Source of the DNA: an uncultured Planctomycetales bacterium
GTDB lineage: Bacteria; Omnitrophota; Gorgyraeia; Zapsychrales; JAHFFX01
NCBI GenBank assembly: GCA_964612665.1
Contig: CAZTCI010000002.1
Span: 432,334 to 496,333 of the forward strand
Length of the DNA: 64,000 nucleotides
Direction of reading: 5' to 3'
Shown here: piece after piece, positions 29,928 through 41,990 of the stretch
Layout of the letters: every line of letters starts with the position of its first letter
Numbering within the stretch: position 1 is the first letter of the stretch
Translations under genes and position numbers: made by a program
The notes under the pieces: model-generated
Database searches by the model: none
What the model saw: only the letters and a program-made list of their open reading frames with translations
What the model was told of the DNA's origin: nothing

Positions 29928-30563
29928 TTATGTTGCCGTCGCTGAGATTAACAAGGTTCCGTCATAGCTTCCGGCCTTATCGGCATTAGAGAAAACTTCA
30001 CCAGCTGTCGGATCAGGAATTGGAGCTGTGGCATCTTTCGTCACAATTCCTAAATAAACTCTTAACCATCCTCCAGCCGTCTCGGTTGATGCAATTGTTT
30101 CACCATGAACATCCTTTAAGAGTTTTTTAGGCCCATGCGCACTTATAGGACTTTCAGTGGTATCCGTCGGATTGGGGCCAACAAAAACAACCTTCATAAA
30201 CGTGGCGGTTGATTTCCAACCTAGACCGTGGGCAGGATTATTTGGGTTAGCGCCTTCCGTATAAGTGACAACCGCGCTTGGACTGCCCGCTCCTCCGGAA
30301 CTTACCACATCAATGGCAAAAAAATGATCCGGAAGATAAATACCAATTGCGGGATTAAGTGTCATTGGCGAAAAGTTTAAAGTTGTTCCTGTGACAGCCG
30401 TAAAAACCGGCGGCGTTCCTTTAACCGAAAAAGCGTTAATACCAACACTCGTCGCGGCCGGAACTGTTGCAGAAATAACGAATGTCTTATCAAGGGCAAA
30501 ACTTTTGGCAGAAGCAAAAACTGCGACACAAAAAACAAGTAAACCTAGTAATATCTTTTTCAT
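29928..30563 (-). CDS. Pilin-like secreted subunit candidate (about 211 aa)
   Basis: AGGAGG RBS before the ATG at 30563; signal peptide; T/S/A/G/V-rich beta protein ending AGSYDGTLLISATAT, like the C-terminal G.Y..T.T..V.Y strand of chaperone-usher pilins. Confidence 0.45.
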   Translation of the reverse strand: MKKILLGLLVFCVAVFASAKSFALDKTFVISATVPAATSVGINAFSVKGTPPVFTAVTGTTLNFSPMTLNPAIGIYLPDHFFAIDVVSSGGAGSPSAVVTYTEGANPNNPAHGLGWKSTATFMKVVFVGPNPTDTTESPISAHGPKKLLKDVHGETIASTETAGGWLRVYLGIVTKDATAPIPDPTAGEVFSNADKAGSYDGTLLISATAT

Positions 30564-30648
30564 GATGTTTTCCTCCTTTTGAGTATGAGTTACATGTTGA
30601 ATGTCAGCTTTCAAAAACACCGACCTGCAGTTCATTATCATAATACAA

Positions 30649-32034
30649 CTACATTTCGCTTAGCGAGTACATTACAGCGAGATTGTAGTCTCCAGGTTGC
30701 ATTTCGGGATAAGGGCTTAATTGATAAAGTACCCGAAACGTTGTCAAAGTACCTTGAATATCAGAGAACAAAATTGGTACAGTCCCGGATGGTACAGCAC
30801 TAAAGTCATTAAATTCGGTCTTTCCCGTTTGACCTTCTAATACTTCAATCTTCATGCGAAAAGCGTCTGATGGAATTTTTTCTCCTTTTTCGCTGGTTAA
30901 TGATGAATTAATGTTTTGAGTTACCATAAACGGTTTGCCTAAATTAGTGTTAACCACAACTTTAATTTCTTTGATCTGACTTGGCGTTCCAGGCAATAAT
31001 TTTGAGAAACGCAATCCATCCGATGGATATTGTACATCGAGATTAAAGATCGGAGTCACTTCAATATTGAGATCAAAATCCACGGTTTCCGGGCGATCAC
31101 CTTTTTCAATCGTGTAACGGATTTTACCCCGGTAATATCCAGCTTTTTGATTGGTTAACGTTTTATCATCCAGCGCAAAGTCAACAATAAAGGAACCACT
31201 GTTTTCTGAAGCGCTGTAAAGTAGTTGATGCTTTCGTTCGAGGGAAACAGGATTCAAATAAGAAAGCTGTCCTTGATCTCCGGCCAGCTCGTGGGTCGAA
31301 AACACTAAACTTCCCGGAAGTAAATCTTCATCCAATTCATTGTGCGGAAATTCTAACACATCTTGATAAATGCGGAGATCGCCTGGATTCCCCTCGTACC
31401 CTATTTTGACATAACCTGTTTGGTCTTTTCCGTTATGTGTACTCAACTTGACTGATTGTTTTCCTGATGAACCTTCTATGGTGAATTTATTTTCCTTCGA
31501 CACTTCAAACGACATATTCAAAACAGCATCTTCAACGCTACCAGCGCCGATAGGACGCAATACATATTGTAATTTGCCAAGGTAATCACCTGACTGTTCA
31601 ATTTTGTTTTTATCGATATTATAAACGACTTGGAAGGAATCACTATCGCCGTTCGGATTTGAAGTATAAAGCAGTTGATCTGAATAACCGAAAGATGTCG
31701 GTTCTTGAACGTACAAGGTTCCGGCAGAATTTGAAGCATTGAGCGTATAAGTTGTTATTCCAGAGGGATTCATGGAGTAACCTCTTTCATTCACTAAGGG
31801 TTCCAGAATTCTTTGAAAGATCTGATACTGTTTACCGTCGTTTGAAATGATGCGTATGCGGGCTTCTTTATTGGCCACGGACTGGTTATCCACCCGTCCA
31901 AAACGAAGACTATTCCCACCTTCGACCGGATTTACGGACAGATTGGTTACAGCATATGTGGATACGGGCGCAAGACCAAAAAAGATCAAAAATAAAAGAT
32001 AGGGTAACCGTTGATTGAACATAAGAAGCCTCAC
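30649..32034 (-). CDS. Secreted protein with three tandem pilin-like domains
   Basis: Signal peptide; three roughly 140-aa repeats each ending with a G-[DY]-Y-x-G-x-[LI]-x-Y-x-[LI] strand (SGDYLGKLQYVL, AGYYRGKIRYTI, PGDYNLAVMYSL). Confidence 0.45.
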   Translation of the reverse strand: MRLLMFNQRLPYLLFLIFFGLAPVSTYAVTNLSVNPVEGGNSLRFGRVDNQSVANKEARIRIISNDGKQYQIFQRILEPLVNERGYSMNPSGITTYTLNASNSAGTLYVQEPTSFGYSDQLLYTSNPNGDSDSFQVVYNIDKNKIEQSGDYLGKLQYVLRPIGAGSVEDAVLNMSFEVSKENKFTIEGSSGKQSVKLSTHNGKDQTGYVKIGYEGNPGDLRIYQDVLEFPHNELDEDLLPGSLVFSTHELAGDQGQLSYLNPVSLERKHQLLYSASENSGSFIVDFALDDKTLTNQKAGYYRGKIRYTIEKGDRPETVDFDLNIEVTPIFNLDVQYPSDGLRFSKLLPGTPSQIKEIKVVVNTNLGKPFMVTQNINSSLTSEKGEKIPSDAFRMKIEVLEGQTGKTEFNDFSAVPSGTVPILFSDIQGTLTTFRVLYQLSPYPEMQPGDYNLAVMYSLSEM

Positions 32035-32121
32035 GAGACGACTTTATTATAGAGGAAAGAAAAACGAATGTAAAGAGAGTCTTATAGACGGGTGAGTTCT
32101 TAAAAACTATATTTTAAATGG

Positions 32122-34272
32122 TTATGCTGAATTTAGAACAATAACCGGACAGGTCGCGCTTTTTAAAACGCGTTCGACACGCGGACCAAGAAAAAGTTTA
32201 TTAGAACTTGGTCGAACGCCTGTTCCTAAAATGATTAGATCAACTCCCTCTTTTTTCGCTAAAGTTAAAATAACTGTCTCAGGATCCGCGGCAACCCGAA
32301 CTTCAACCCTGGTCTGAATATTTTTTAATTGCGCTAATTCTTGTAACTCTTCAGCGGCATGTTTCGCTAAGTTAGTTTGTCTTTGAAGAATCGCGCCGCT
32401 TGCGTCATGGATTCCAGAAAAAGAATTAGTTTCAATAACTGAGAGAAATATAATTTCGTTTTCACTTGAAGCCAACAGAAAAGCCAATTCGGCGGCTCGG
32501 CGGGACGGCAGAGAACCGTTGGTCGGCACCACAATACGGTTAGGTTTCCATTGTTTAGTGTCGGAAAATCCTTGAACAACCATCGTTGAGCATGGAGAGA
32601 ATCGGACTAATGCATCAATCGATGGCGAGAAAATATTATCTTGGTTGTGGTGATGCTCGGAAGCGCCCAAAAGAACCAAATCATAATTTTTCTCAGCCTC
32701 CTGCAAAATAACATCGACGGGCTTTTTGCTGACAACCACTTTTTTAATGAGTTCTATTTGTAAAAATTGACCGCTTAAATTCTCAACAAACTTTCCTCCG
32801 TCGCTGCGTTTATCTTCATTCATGATGGTTAAAATCGTAATGGAAAGTTTAGTTTTAGCTTCCAAGCGTTGCAAAAGATACGCCTTGATCGCATGAATCG
32901 CCTCTAATTGCCCTTCCCTATATCTGACCGGCAGAAGCACTCGATGCATTCTGGCAATGGGACTGTTTTGAATCAATTCTTCTTCGCGCAATCGTTTTAA
33001 CTCTTGTTCTTCCGGTTTAATATGCCGCAGAGTCCAGCGCAGCGCCGTCGGTGCCATTAATGAGGTTACAATCGCCATTAACACAATAATGGAAAACATG
33101 TTCGGCGATAAAATACCAAGCGAAAGTCCGATCGTCGCGATAATGATTTCCATCGCACCTCTGGCGTTGATCGCCATGCCAAAACTTAACGCCGTCCAGC
33201 GGCCTCTTTTGCCGATCCATCGCGCTCCCCAATAACCTCCGATCACTTTTCCGAGGGTCGCAACCAAAATAACGATGCCGGTGATCATCAATAGCGTCGG
33301 TTCGAGCAATCCCTTTACATTAACCTTCAAACCAGCAACGGCAAAAAATATCGGAGCAAATATGCCCAACGTGATATTTTCTAAAACCTGATAAACGTTG
33401 CTCGGCAGGCGGCGCATTTGGCCGAAAATAATTCCCGTCACAAAAGCGCCCAGCATGGCTTCTAATTTTAAAGACTGAGATAAAGTTCCCAACGCGAAAG
33501 CAAAGACCATAATCAATGTCAAAATACTGTATGGGCTTACAAATTCATCTTGGACAAAATCTAAACTTTTTTTGGCCGTCCATCGTCCGATTGTAAAACT
33601 GAAAATCATAAATCCGGCGACAATGCCAATCTCTTTAAAAACCATCATAAAACCAATCGCTTGGCCTTTGGCCAGCCCGGCCACAATCGAAAGTAAAATC
33701 CATCCAATCGTATCGTCGCACATGCCCGCCGCAATAATCGTCTGGCCAATATCTCGACGGATTAAATTTAAATCAATTAAAACCTTAGCAATAACTGGAA
33801 TCGCCGAAATTGACATGGCCGTTGCCAGAAATAATGAGAAGACAATACGCTTGTCAGGTTCCATTAGCAATGCATCCGGGATCAACTGCCCTAACCCAAA
33901 ACCTAAAACAAAAGGCAAAATAAATCCGCCCAACGAAACGCCGACACCAGTTTTGGCATGATGCCGGATTAAAGCCAAATCGGTTTCAAGGCCGGTGAGT
34001 AAAAGCAAAAACATAACGCCGATAAAACTGACGACTTCTAAAAGATATCCTTGAAGCTGTGTTTGCGGAACAATCCAATGATGCACGGCAGGGAAAAAAC
34101 CGGAAAGGCATGATGGTCCTAAGAAAATACCGGCGAGGATTTCGCCAACGACAGACGGCTGTCCTAGACGTTGAACAATCTCGCCTAAAAGACGGGCGGT
34201 TAAAAGAAGCAGTGTGACACGGAACAATAAAAACAGTATGTCACTATGAGGAGCGGCGGTAAAGACAGGCAT
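32122..34272 (-). CDS. CPA2-family cation/proton antiporter (Kef/NhaP-like) fused to two C-terminal universal stress protein (UspA) domains
   Basis: About 400-aa 12-TM Na_H_Exchanger core; two USP-like modules (LLGASEHHHN..., IILGTGVRPS...VLKSATCPVIVL). Confidence 0.8.
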   Translation of the reverse strand: MPVFTAAPHSDILFLLFRVTLLLLTARLLGEIVQRLGQPSVVGEILAGIFLGPSCLSGFFPAVHHWIVPQTQLQGYLLEVVSFIGVMFLLLLTGLETDLALIRHHAKTGVGVSLGGFILPFVLGFGLGQLIPDALLMEPDKRIVFSLFLATAMSISAIPVIAKVLIDLNLIRRDIGQTIIAAGMCDDTIGWILLSIVAGLAKGQAIGFMMVFKEIGIVAGFMIFSFTIGRWTAKKSLDFVQDEFVSPYSILTLIMVFAFALGTLSQSLKLEAMLGAFVTGIIFGQMRRLPSNVYQVLENITLGIFAPIFFAVAGLKVNVKGLLEPTLLMITGIVILVATLGKVIGGYWGARWIGKRGRWTALSFGMAINARGAMEIIIATIGLSLGILSPNMFSIIVLMAIVTSLMAPTALRWTLRHIKPEEQELKRLREEELIQNSPIARMHRVLLPVRYREGQLEAIHAIKAYLLQRLEAKTKLSITILTIMNEDKRSDGGKFVENLSGQFLQIELIKKVVVSKKPVDVILQEAEKNYDLVLLGASEHHHNQDNIFSPSIDALVRFSPCSTMVVQGFSDTKQWKPNRIVVPTNGSLPSRRAAELAFLLASSENEIIFLSVIETNSFSGIHDASGAILQRQTNLAKHAAEELQELAQLKNIQTRVEVRVAADPETVILTLAKKEGVDLIILGTGVRPSSNKLFLGPRVERVLKSATCPVIVLNSA

Positions 34273-34311
34273 TTTTCAATATTTCTTCCGACCGAGTAAA
34301 AATAAAAAAGG

Positions 34312-35595
34312 TTACTTACACTTGTCGCTTCGATTGAGCCGGATAATCAAACGTAATCCGCGGTCATAGCTTATGTAATTCCACATCCAATTCACAAAAA
34401 CGACCAAACGGTTACGAAACCCGACGAGTGTCATCAAATGCACAAACATCCAGACAAACCACGCGAAAATTCCTTGAAAATTAACAAACGGTAGTTCCAC
34501 GACGGCTTTATTCCGTCCGACAGTCGCCATAACACCTTTATTATGGTAGACAAACGGTTGAAGCGGTTGGTTACGTAAAAGCTTTTTGAAATTATTTCCC
34601 AAACAAGTGGCTTGCTGAATCGCAACTGGCGCCAGCATCGGATGTCCTTTAGGCATTTTTTCTGAAATTATGGCGCCGACATCACCAATTGCAAAAATAT
34701 TTTTAGACCCTTCCATTCTATTAAATTCATCCACCTTTACGCGTCCACCTACAATTAATCCAGGGTTTATCCCGGGAAGCAAACTTCCAGTAACACCCGC
34801 CGCCCAAATAACAGTCCGCGTTAAAATTCTTTTTCCGTTGGAAAGCCCCAAGACTTGCCCGTCGTAGGAAACAACACCCGTGTTTAACCAGACCGTCACA
34901 TTAAATTTCTTTAAGAATTCTTGACCTTTGACCGATGAGGCTTCAGACATGCCGCTAAAAACCCGGTCCATCCTTTCGACAAGGTGAATTTGCATTTTGG
35001 CGACATCTAATTCGGGATAGTCGCGCGGCAAGATATGATTTTTAAGTTCGCCTAAAGCACCCGCCGTTTCAACACCCGTTGGCCCGCCGCCGACAACGAC
35101 AAAATTCATGAGACTCGCGCGTTCTTCCAAATTAACCGTAAGCACTGCCTTTTCAAAATTATCCAGAATAATACTGCGCAGATTGAGCGCTTCCACGATG
35201 GATTTCATCGGCACGGCGTATTTTTGAAAATCTTGCATGCCAAAAAAATTGGATTGAGAACCGGTGGCGATAACTAAATAATCATAATTAATCTCGCCAA
35301 TCGAAGTTTCAACTGTATTGTTTTCCGGTTTAATACTAATAACCTCAGCCATTCGAAAGATAAAATTTTCTTGAGCCTTAAAAATTTTTCGCAGCGGAAA
35401 AGCGATGGAATCTGGTTCGAGGCCACTGGTGGCAACTTGATACAAAAGCGGTTGAAATGTATGGAAATTATTTTTATCAAGCAAAACGACTTGGACATCT
35501 TCATTTTTTAATCTTTTAACCAGATGAATTCCAGCGAATCCTCCGCCGATGATAACAATCCGTGGCTTATTCGTGACTTCGATATTGACTGGCAT
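34312..35595 (-). CDS. ndh: Type II NADH dehydrogenase (NDH-2)
   Basis: Two Rossmann GxGxxG motifs (IGGGFAGI, VGGGPTGVE), 427 aa. Confidence 0.85.
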   Translation of the reverse strand: MPVNIEVTNKPRIVIIGGGFAGIHLVKRLKNEDVQVVLLDKNNFHTFQPLLYQVATSGLEPDSIAFPLRKIFKAQENFIFRMAEVISIKPENNTVETSIGEINYDYLVIATGSQSNFFGMQDFQKYAVPMKSIVEALNLRSIILDNFEKAVLTVNLEERASLMNFVVVGGGPTGVETAGALGELKNHILPRDYPELDVAKMQIHLVERMDRVFSGMSEASSVKGQEFLKKFNVTVWLNTGVVSYDGQVLGLSNGKRILTRTVIWAAGVTGSLLPGINPGLIVGGRVKVDEFNRMEGSKNIFAIGDVGAIISEKMPKGHPMLAPVAIQQATCLGNNFKKLLRNQPLQPFVYHNKGVMATVGRNKAVVELPFVNFQGIFAWFVWMFVHLMTLVGFRNRLVVFVNWMWNYISYDRGLRLIIRLNRSDKCK

Positions 35596-35767
35596 ATTAA
35601 GCTCCCAAGCCGCACTCTATAGTTAAGCAATAGGTTTTAGGACAATGAACAGCTAATAGTTTACTATTGGAACGACTTGGAATAAAGAGCTAGATTTGGA
35701 CAAAACACATCCTAGGCAAAGGGGATTGCTTTGGCGGAAGTGTTCAAGCAAGATACGATCGGTGAAG

Positions 35768-36409
35768 TTAGAGAACGGAATTTAAATGAGCTTCTTCTTT
35801 TTTTTGTTTACGAATTTCGATGATAAGTGGAATGAAGGAAAGTACAATCACTATACCGATGACGAGATGTAAATATTTTTCGATATTGGGAATCGTTTTA
35901 CCGACGAAGAATCCTAACAAGACTGTTGAAAAAACCCAGCCAATGCCGCCTGCGATATTGAAGAAAACAAATTTTTGATAAGGCATACCGGCGGCACCGG
36001 CAACGGCCGGGGCAAAGGTGCGGACAATCGGAACAAACCGGGCCAGTACAATTGTCTTGGATCCATGTTTCGCATAAAAGGCCTGAGTTCTTTTTAAATA
36101 GACTTGTTTAAAAAATCTTGAATCCTTTTTTGAGAACAACAGCTTTCCCATTTTATTCCCAATGAAATAACCCACTTGATCACCGACGACCGCGCATACC
36201 GCGGCTAATAGTAAAAGCGACCCTAAATTTAAAACACGCGCCGCGGCAAAAATTCCGGCGGTGATTAACAGCGAATCTCCCGGAAGAAAGAATCCAAAAA
36301 ACAAACCGGTTTCAACGAAAATAATCACACCGATGATTACCAATCCGCCCCATTCAATAATTCCTTTTACGTCCAACATGTGATGAATCAATTGCATTAT
36401 ATTTTCCAT
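35768..36409 (-). CDS. dedA: DedA-family membrane protein
   Basis: FLPGDSLLITAG motif, 213 aa. Confidence 0.8.
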   Translation of the reverse strand: MENIMQLIHHMLDVKGIIEWGGLVIIGVIIFVETGLFFGFFLPGDSLLITAGIFAAARVLNLGSLLLLAAVCAVVGDQVGYFIGNKMGKLLFSKKDSRFFKQVYLKRTQAFYAKHGSKTIVLARFVPIVRTFAPAVAGAAGMPYQKFVFFNIAGGIGWVFSTVLLGFFVGKTIPNIEKYLHLVIGIVIVLSFIPLIIEIRKQKKEEAHLNSVL

Positions 36410-36426
36410 AAGCCCTTCCTTATCGT

Positions 36427-36696
36427 TTAATTAACTTTTTCCACTTTGCTTAGTATCAGTGTAATTTGATTCTTAAAAACATCGAAAAAGCCGGCTTCAC
36501 TGGACTTAAAAATTTGCGTTTGGCCGCTGGGTTCTCTTAAAGTAATTTGACCGGGTTTAAGAGTGCTTGCCATCGGCGTGTGATCGGCCAGGACACCGAA
36601 ATAGCCCGCCTCGCCCGGGACAATGACCGATGTCACTTCACCTTCAAAAATTTTTTGCTCAGGGGTGAGCATACTTAAATGAATCGGACGTTCCAT
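36427..36696 (-). CDS. atpC: F1 ATP synthase epsilon subunit, short form (beta-sandwich only, 89 aa)
   Basis: N-terminal beta-sandwich sequence; C-terminal helical hairpin absent; directly downstream of atpD. Confidence 0.85.
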   Translation of the reverse strand: MERPIHLSMLTPEQKIFEGEVTSVIVPGEAGYFGVLADHTPMASTLKPGQITLREPSGQTQIFKSSEAGFFDVFKNQITLILSKVEKVN

Positions 36697-36699
36697 AAA

Positions 36700-38974
<2,275 letters not shown>

Positions 38975-39065
38975 ATTTAGTAATTCTTTTTAAACTTCAT
39001 GTCTCAATGCTGCAGGCTTCATAAGCTGTACGGCATGAAGCTTGCGGCTTTAAATTTATAAAATA

Positions 39066-40592
39066 TTATTTCGTTTTCACAAATTGATGCTTAAAAGCAG
39101 CTAAAGCTTGATTCAATTTTAAGCGAAGATCGTCGGACAGTTCTTTTTTCGTTTCAATTTCGTGAATGATGGCGGAATATTTTTCCTGAATATATTTATT
39201 AAATTCAATTTCAAAACGGTTAATTTGGGAAACAGGCAAATCATCCAGAAAGCCGTTAACCCCGGCGTAGATAATTAAAACTTCACGCGCGACCGACAAC
39301 GGATCGTATTGGCCTTGCTTTAAAATTTCAACCATCCGCTCGCCGCGGGTCAATTGCATTTGGGTGGCTTTATCGAGTTCCGAACCAAATTTGGTGAAAG
39401 CGACCAGTTCCTTATACTGCGCTAAATCCAATCGCAATTTTCCGGCGACTTGACGCATGGCTTTAGTTTGAGCTTTACCGCCCACACGTGAAACCGACAA
39501 ACCGACGTTAATGGCCGGACGAACACCGCTATAAAAAAGATCGTTGTCCAAAAAGATCTGACCGTCGGTAATAGAAATAACATTAGTTGGAATATAACTT
39601 GTAATGTCCCCTGCTTGCGTTTCAATTAAAGGAAGTGCGGTTAAAGATCCGGCGCCCAAATTATCATGCAGTTTGGCGGCGCGTTCAAGCAAACGCGAAT
39701 GAAGATAAAAAACATCGCCCGGATAAGCTTCACGGCCCGGCGGCCGGCGCAGCAACAATGATAATTGACGGTACGCTTGAGCGTGTTTGGAAAGATCATC
39801 GTAAATAACCAACGCATTTTGACCAGCATACATAAATTCTTCACCGATCGCGCAGCCAGCGTAAGGCGCTAAATATTGCATGGATGCTGAATCCCGCGCG
39901 GAGGCGCAGACAATCGTTGTGTAAGCCAACGCGCCATGCTCTTCTAAAATTTGCGCCAGCCCAACGACGTTTGAAATCTTTTGACCAATGGCAACATAAA
40001 TACAATAAACGCCAGAATTTTTTTGATTCATAATCGTATCAACGACAATCGCCGTCTTTCCGGTCTGGCGGTCACCGATAATTAATTCGCGCTGTCCTAA
40101 ACCAATTGGAATCATGGCATCAATTGCTTTGATCCCGGTTTGCAAAGGATCTTTAACCGGCTGACGGTCAATAACACCGGCCGCCTTGGATTCAATCGGA
40201 CGATAGCGGTCAGGAACAATCGAGCCTTTTCCGTCGATAGGATTTCCCAAAGCATCAACCACGCGGCCCAACATTGCTTTTCCAACGGGAACTTGAGCGA
40301 TCTTTCCTGTCCGTTTTACTATTTGCCCTTCCTTAATATTCTTATCTGGATTGTCGGCTCCGAAAATAATTACACCCACACTATCTTCTTCGAGATTAAG
40401 CACTAATCCAGTTGATTGATCTTCAAAGGTCACAAGCTCTCCCAGCATCGCCTGGTCAAGCCCATGCACCCGCGCGATGCCGTCACCGACCTGAATCACC
40501 GTGCCGATCGATTCTTGACGGAGTTTAGTTGAAAAATCTTGGATTTCTTTTTGAATAACGGCGGTAATCTCTTCTGGTCTTAGAGGAATCAT
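39066..40592 (-). CDS. atpA: F1 ATP synthase alpha subunit
   Basis: GDRQTGKT Walker A, 508 aa. Confidence 0.97.
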   Translation of the reverse strand: MIPLRPEEITAVIQKEIQDFSTKLRQESIGTVIQVGDGIARVHGLDQAMLGELVTFEDQSTGLVLNLEEDSVGVIIFGADNPDKNIKEGQIVKRTGKIAQVPVGKAMLGRVVDALGNPIDGKGSIVPDRYRPIESKAAGVIDRQPVKDPLQTGIKAIDAMIPIGLGQRELIIGDRQTGKTAIVVDTIMNQKNSGVYCIYVAIGQKISNVVGLAQILEEHGALAYTTIVCASARDSASMQYLAPYAGCAIGEEFMYAGQNALVIYDDLSKHAQAYRQLSLLLRRPPGREAYPGDVFYLHSRLLERAAKLHDNLGAGSLTALPLIETQAGDITSYIPTNVISITDGQIFLDNDLFYSGVRPAINVGLSVSRVGGKAQTKAMRQVAGKLRLDLAQYKELVAFTKFGSELDKATQMQLTRGERMVEILKQGQYDPLSVAREVLIIYAGVNGFLDDLPVSQINRFEIEFNKYIQEKYSAIIHEIETKKELSDDLRLKLNQALAAFKHQFVKTK

Positions 40593-40628
40593 AGAATAAC
40601 CTTTTTTTCTGACAGGATTTTTGTGTGA

Positions 40629-41174
40629 CTAATGAACCTTTACGGTCATAAGCCTTTGCTTGAGTTCTCCTAAAGATTCTTGCAGAGAATAATCAAATAA
40701 CTGGTGCCCGACGGTCAACCGGATGCCGCCTAAAAGATCCGGATCTAAATGAATATAAAGTTTCAGGCGCCGGTTCAATTTGTTTTCTGTTTTTTGTTTG
40801 ATCGTTTCTAAAACTTCTGTGTCGAGCGGAAAACTGGTTTGTAAAACCGCCTCGAGCGCTTCGCCGTTGGCATAAGTTTGGCGGACATATTCCGTAATGT
40901 CATTTAATAAATCAACCCGGCTGCGGTTAATAAGAAGAAACAAAAAATTACGGGTTAAATCTAAAAAGCCTTCGTTAAAAATACGGTTAACAATTTCGTA
41001 TTTTTCCGCACGGGTTAAAACCGGTGCGATCAAAAATCGCAAGACGTCGGGTTGATCGCGTAAAATGCTGCGCACATTTCGTAATTCTTTAATTCCCGGC
41101 TCTAAGCCTAATGTTTCTTTAGCGGCCCGTAAAAAACCTTCAGCGTAGCGTTTAGCGATGACTTTATTTTTCAT
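40629..41174 (-). CDS. atpH: F1 ATP synthase delta subunit (OSCP)
   Basis: Delta/OSCP-like; start at the ATG at 41174 overlapping the atpF stop (ATGAAAAATAA). Confidence 0.8.
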   Translation of the reverse strand: MKNKVIAKRYAEGFLRAAKETLGLEPGIKELRNVRSILRDQPDVLRFLIAPVLTRAEKYEIVNRIFNEGFLDLTRNFLFLLINRSRVDLLNDITEYVRQTYANGEALEAVLQTSFPLDTEVLETIKQKTENKLNRRLKLYIHLDPDLLGGIRLTVGHQLFDYSLQESLGELKQRLMTVKVH

Positions 41175-41655
41175 TTTTAGTTTCGAGCTCGCGCAAAAAG
41201 TTTTCAACCAGATTCTTGTCCGATTGAGGGTTTAGTTTTTCTTGAATCATCCGTTCGGTCGCTTGAAGCGTTAAATCAATAACACTGCGTTTCAACTCTT
41301 CTTTCACTTTAATGACTTCCTGCTGAATGTCCTGCTTGGCGTCGCTGATTATTTTTTCCGATTCAGCGCGGGCCTTTTGGCGGATTTCTTCCGCCATTTT
41401 TTGGCCGGATTGAATCGCGTCTTGAATTTTCTGGCGCGACGTTTCTTCAATTTTGGCCAAGCTGGTTTCGTACTGGACTTTTAAATCAGCCACTTCTTTC
41501 TTGGCCGCTTCAATGGAGGCGAACTCGGTGCTGATTTTGGCCCGTCTTTCTTCCAAAATAGCGACGAAGCGTTTCCAAAGAAATTTCTGCAGCAAAAAAA
41601 CTAAAATTAAAAAATTAACAATTTGAGCTATGAGCTGACTAATATTTAATTCCAT
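41164..41655 (-). CDS. atpF: Fo ATP synthase b subunit
   Basis: N-terminal TM plus long charged helix, 163 aa. Confidence 0.85.
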   Translation of the reverse strand: MELNISQLIAQIVNFLILVFLLQKFLWKRFVAILEERRAKISTEFASIEAAKKEVADLKVQYETSLAKIEETSRQKIQDAIQSGQKMAEEIRQKARAESEKIISDAKQDIQQEVIKVKEELKRSVIDLTLQATERMIQEKLNPQSDKNLVENFLRELETKNEK

Positions 41656-41671
41656 AGGATTTCACTTTGGT

Positions 41672-41896
41672 TTAATGAAGTTTATAGAAAGCAAAACCCA
41701 AAACGAAAATGGTGATGGCTTCGATAAAAGCGCAGCCGATCATCATCATTAAAAGGATTTTTCCTTGCGCTTCGGGCTGGCGGCCTAAGGCTTCCAACGC
41801 TGATCCGGCGGCCCGGCCAAGCCCCATCCCTGAACCTAAAGCAGCCAATCCCAACCCAATTGGAACAGACAAAGATAATGCTGTTGCTACATCCAT
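41672..41896 (-). CDS. atpE: Fo ATP synthase c subunit
   Basis: 74-aa hairpin proteolipid with the carboxylate in AFIEAITIF. Confidence 0.9.
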   Translation of the reverse strand: MDVATALSLSVPIGLGLAALGSGMGLGRAAGSALEALGRQPEAQGKILLMMMIGCAFIEAITIFVLGFAFYKLH

Positions 41897-41990
41897 ATCA
41901 TTCCTCCTTCATCATAGTACCGCATTTTTTAATCGATTGTGGTATACGGCACGGACCACACGTTTCAAGTGAACTAGTTTTAATTTTAAA

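Noticed and set aside
33572-33961. 129-aa plus-strand ORF inside the CPA2 antiporter gene
   Set aside because: Antisense shadow ORF of a hydrophobic gene.
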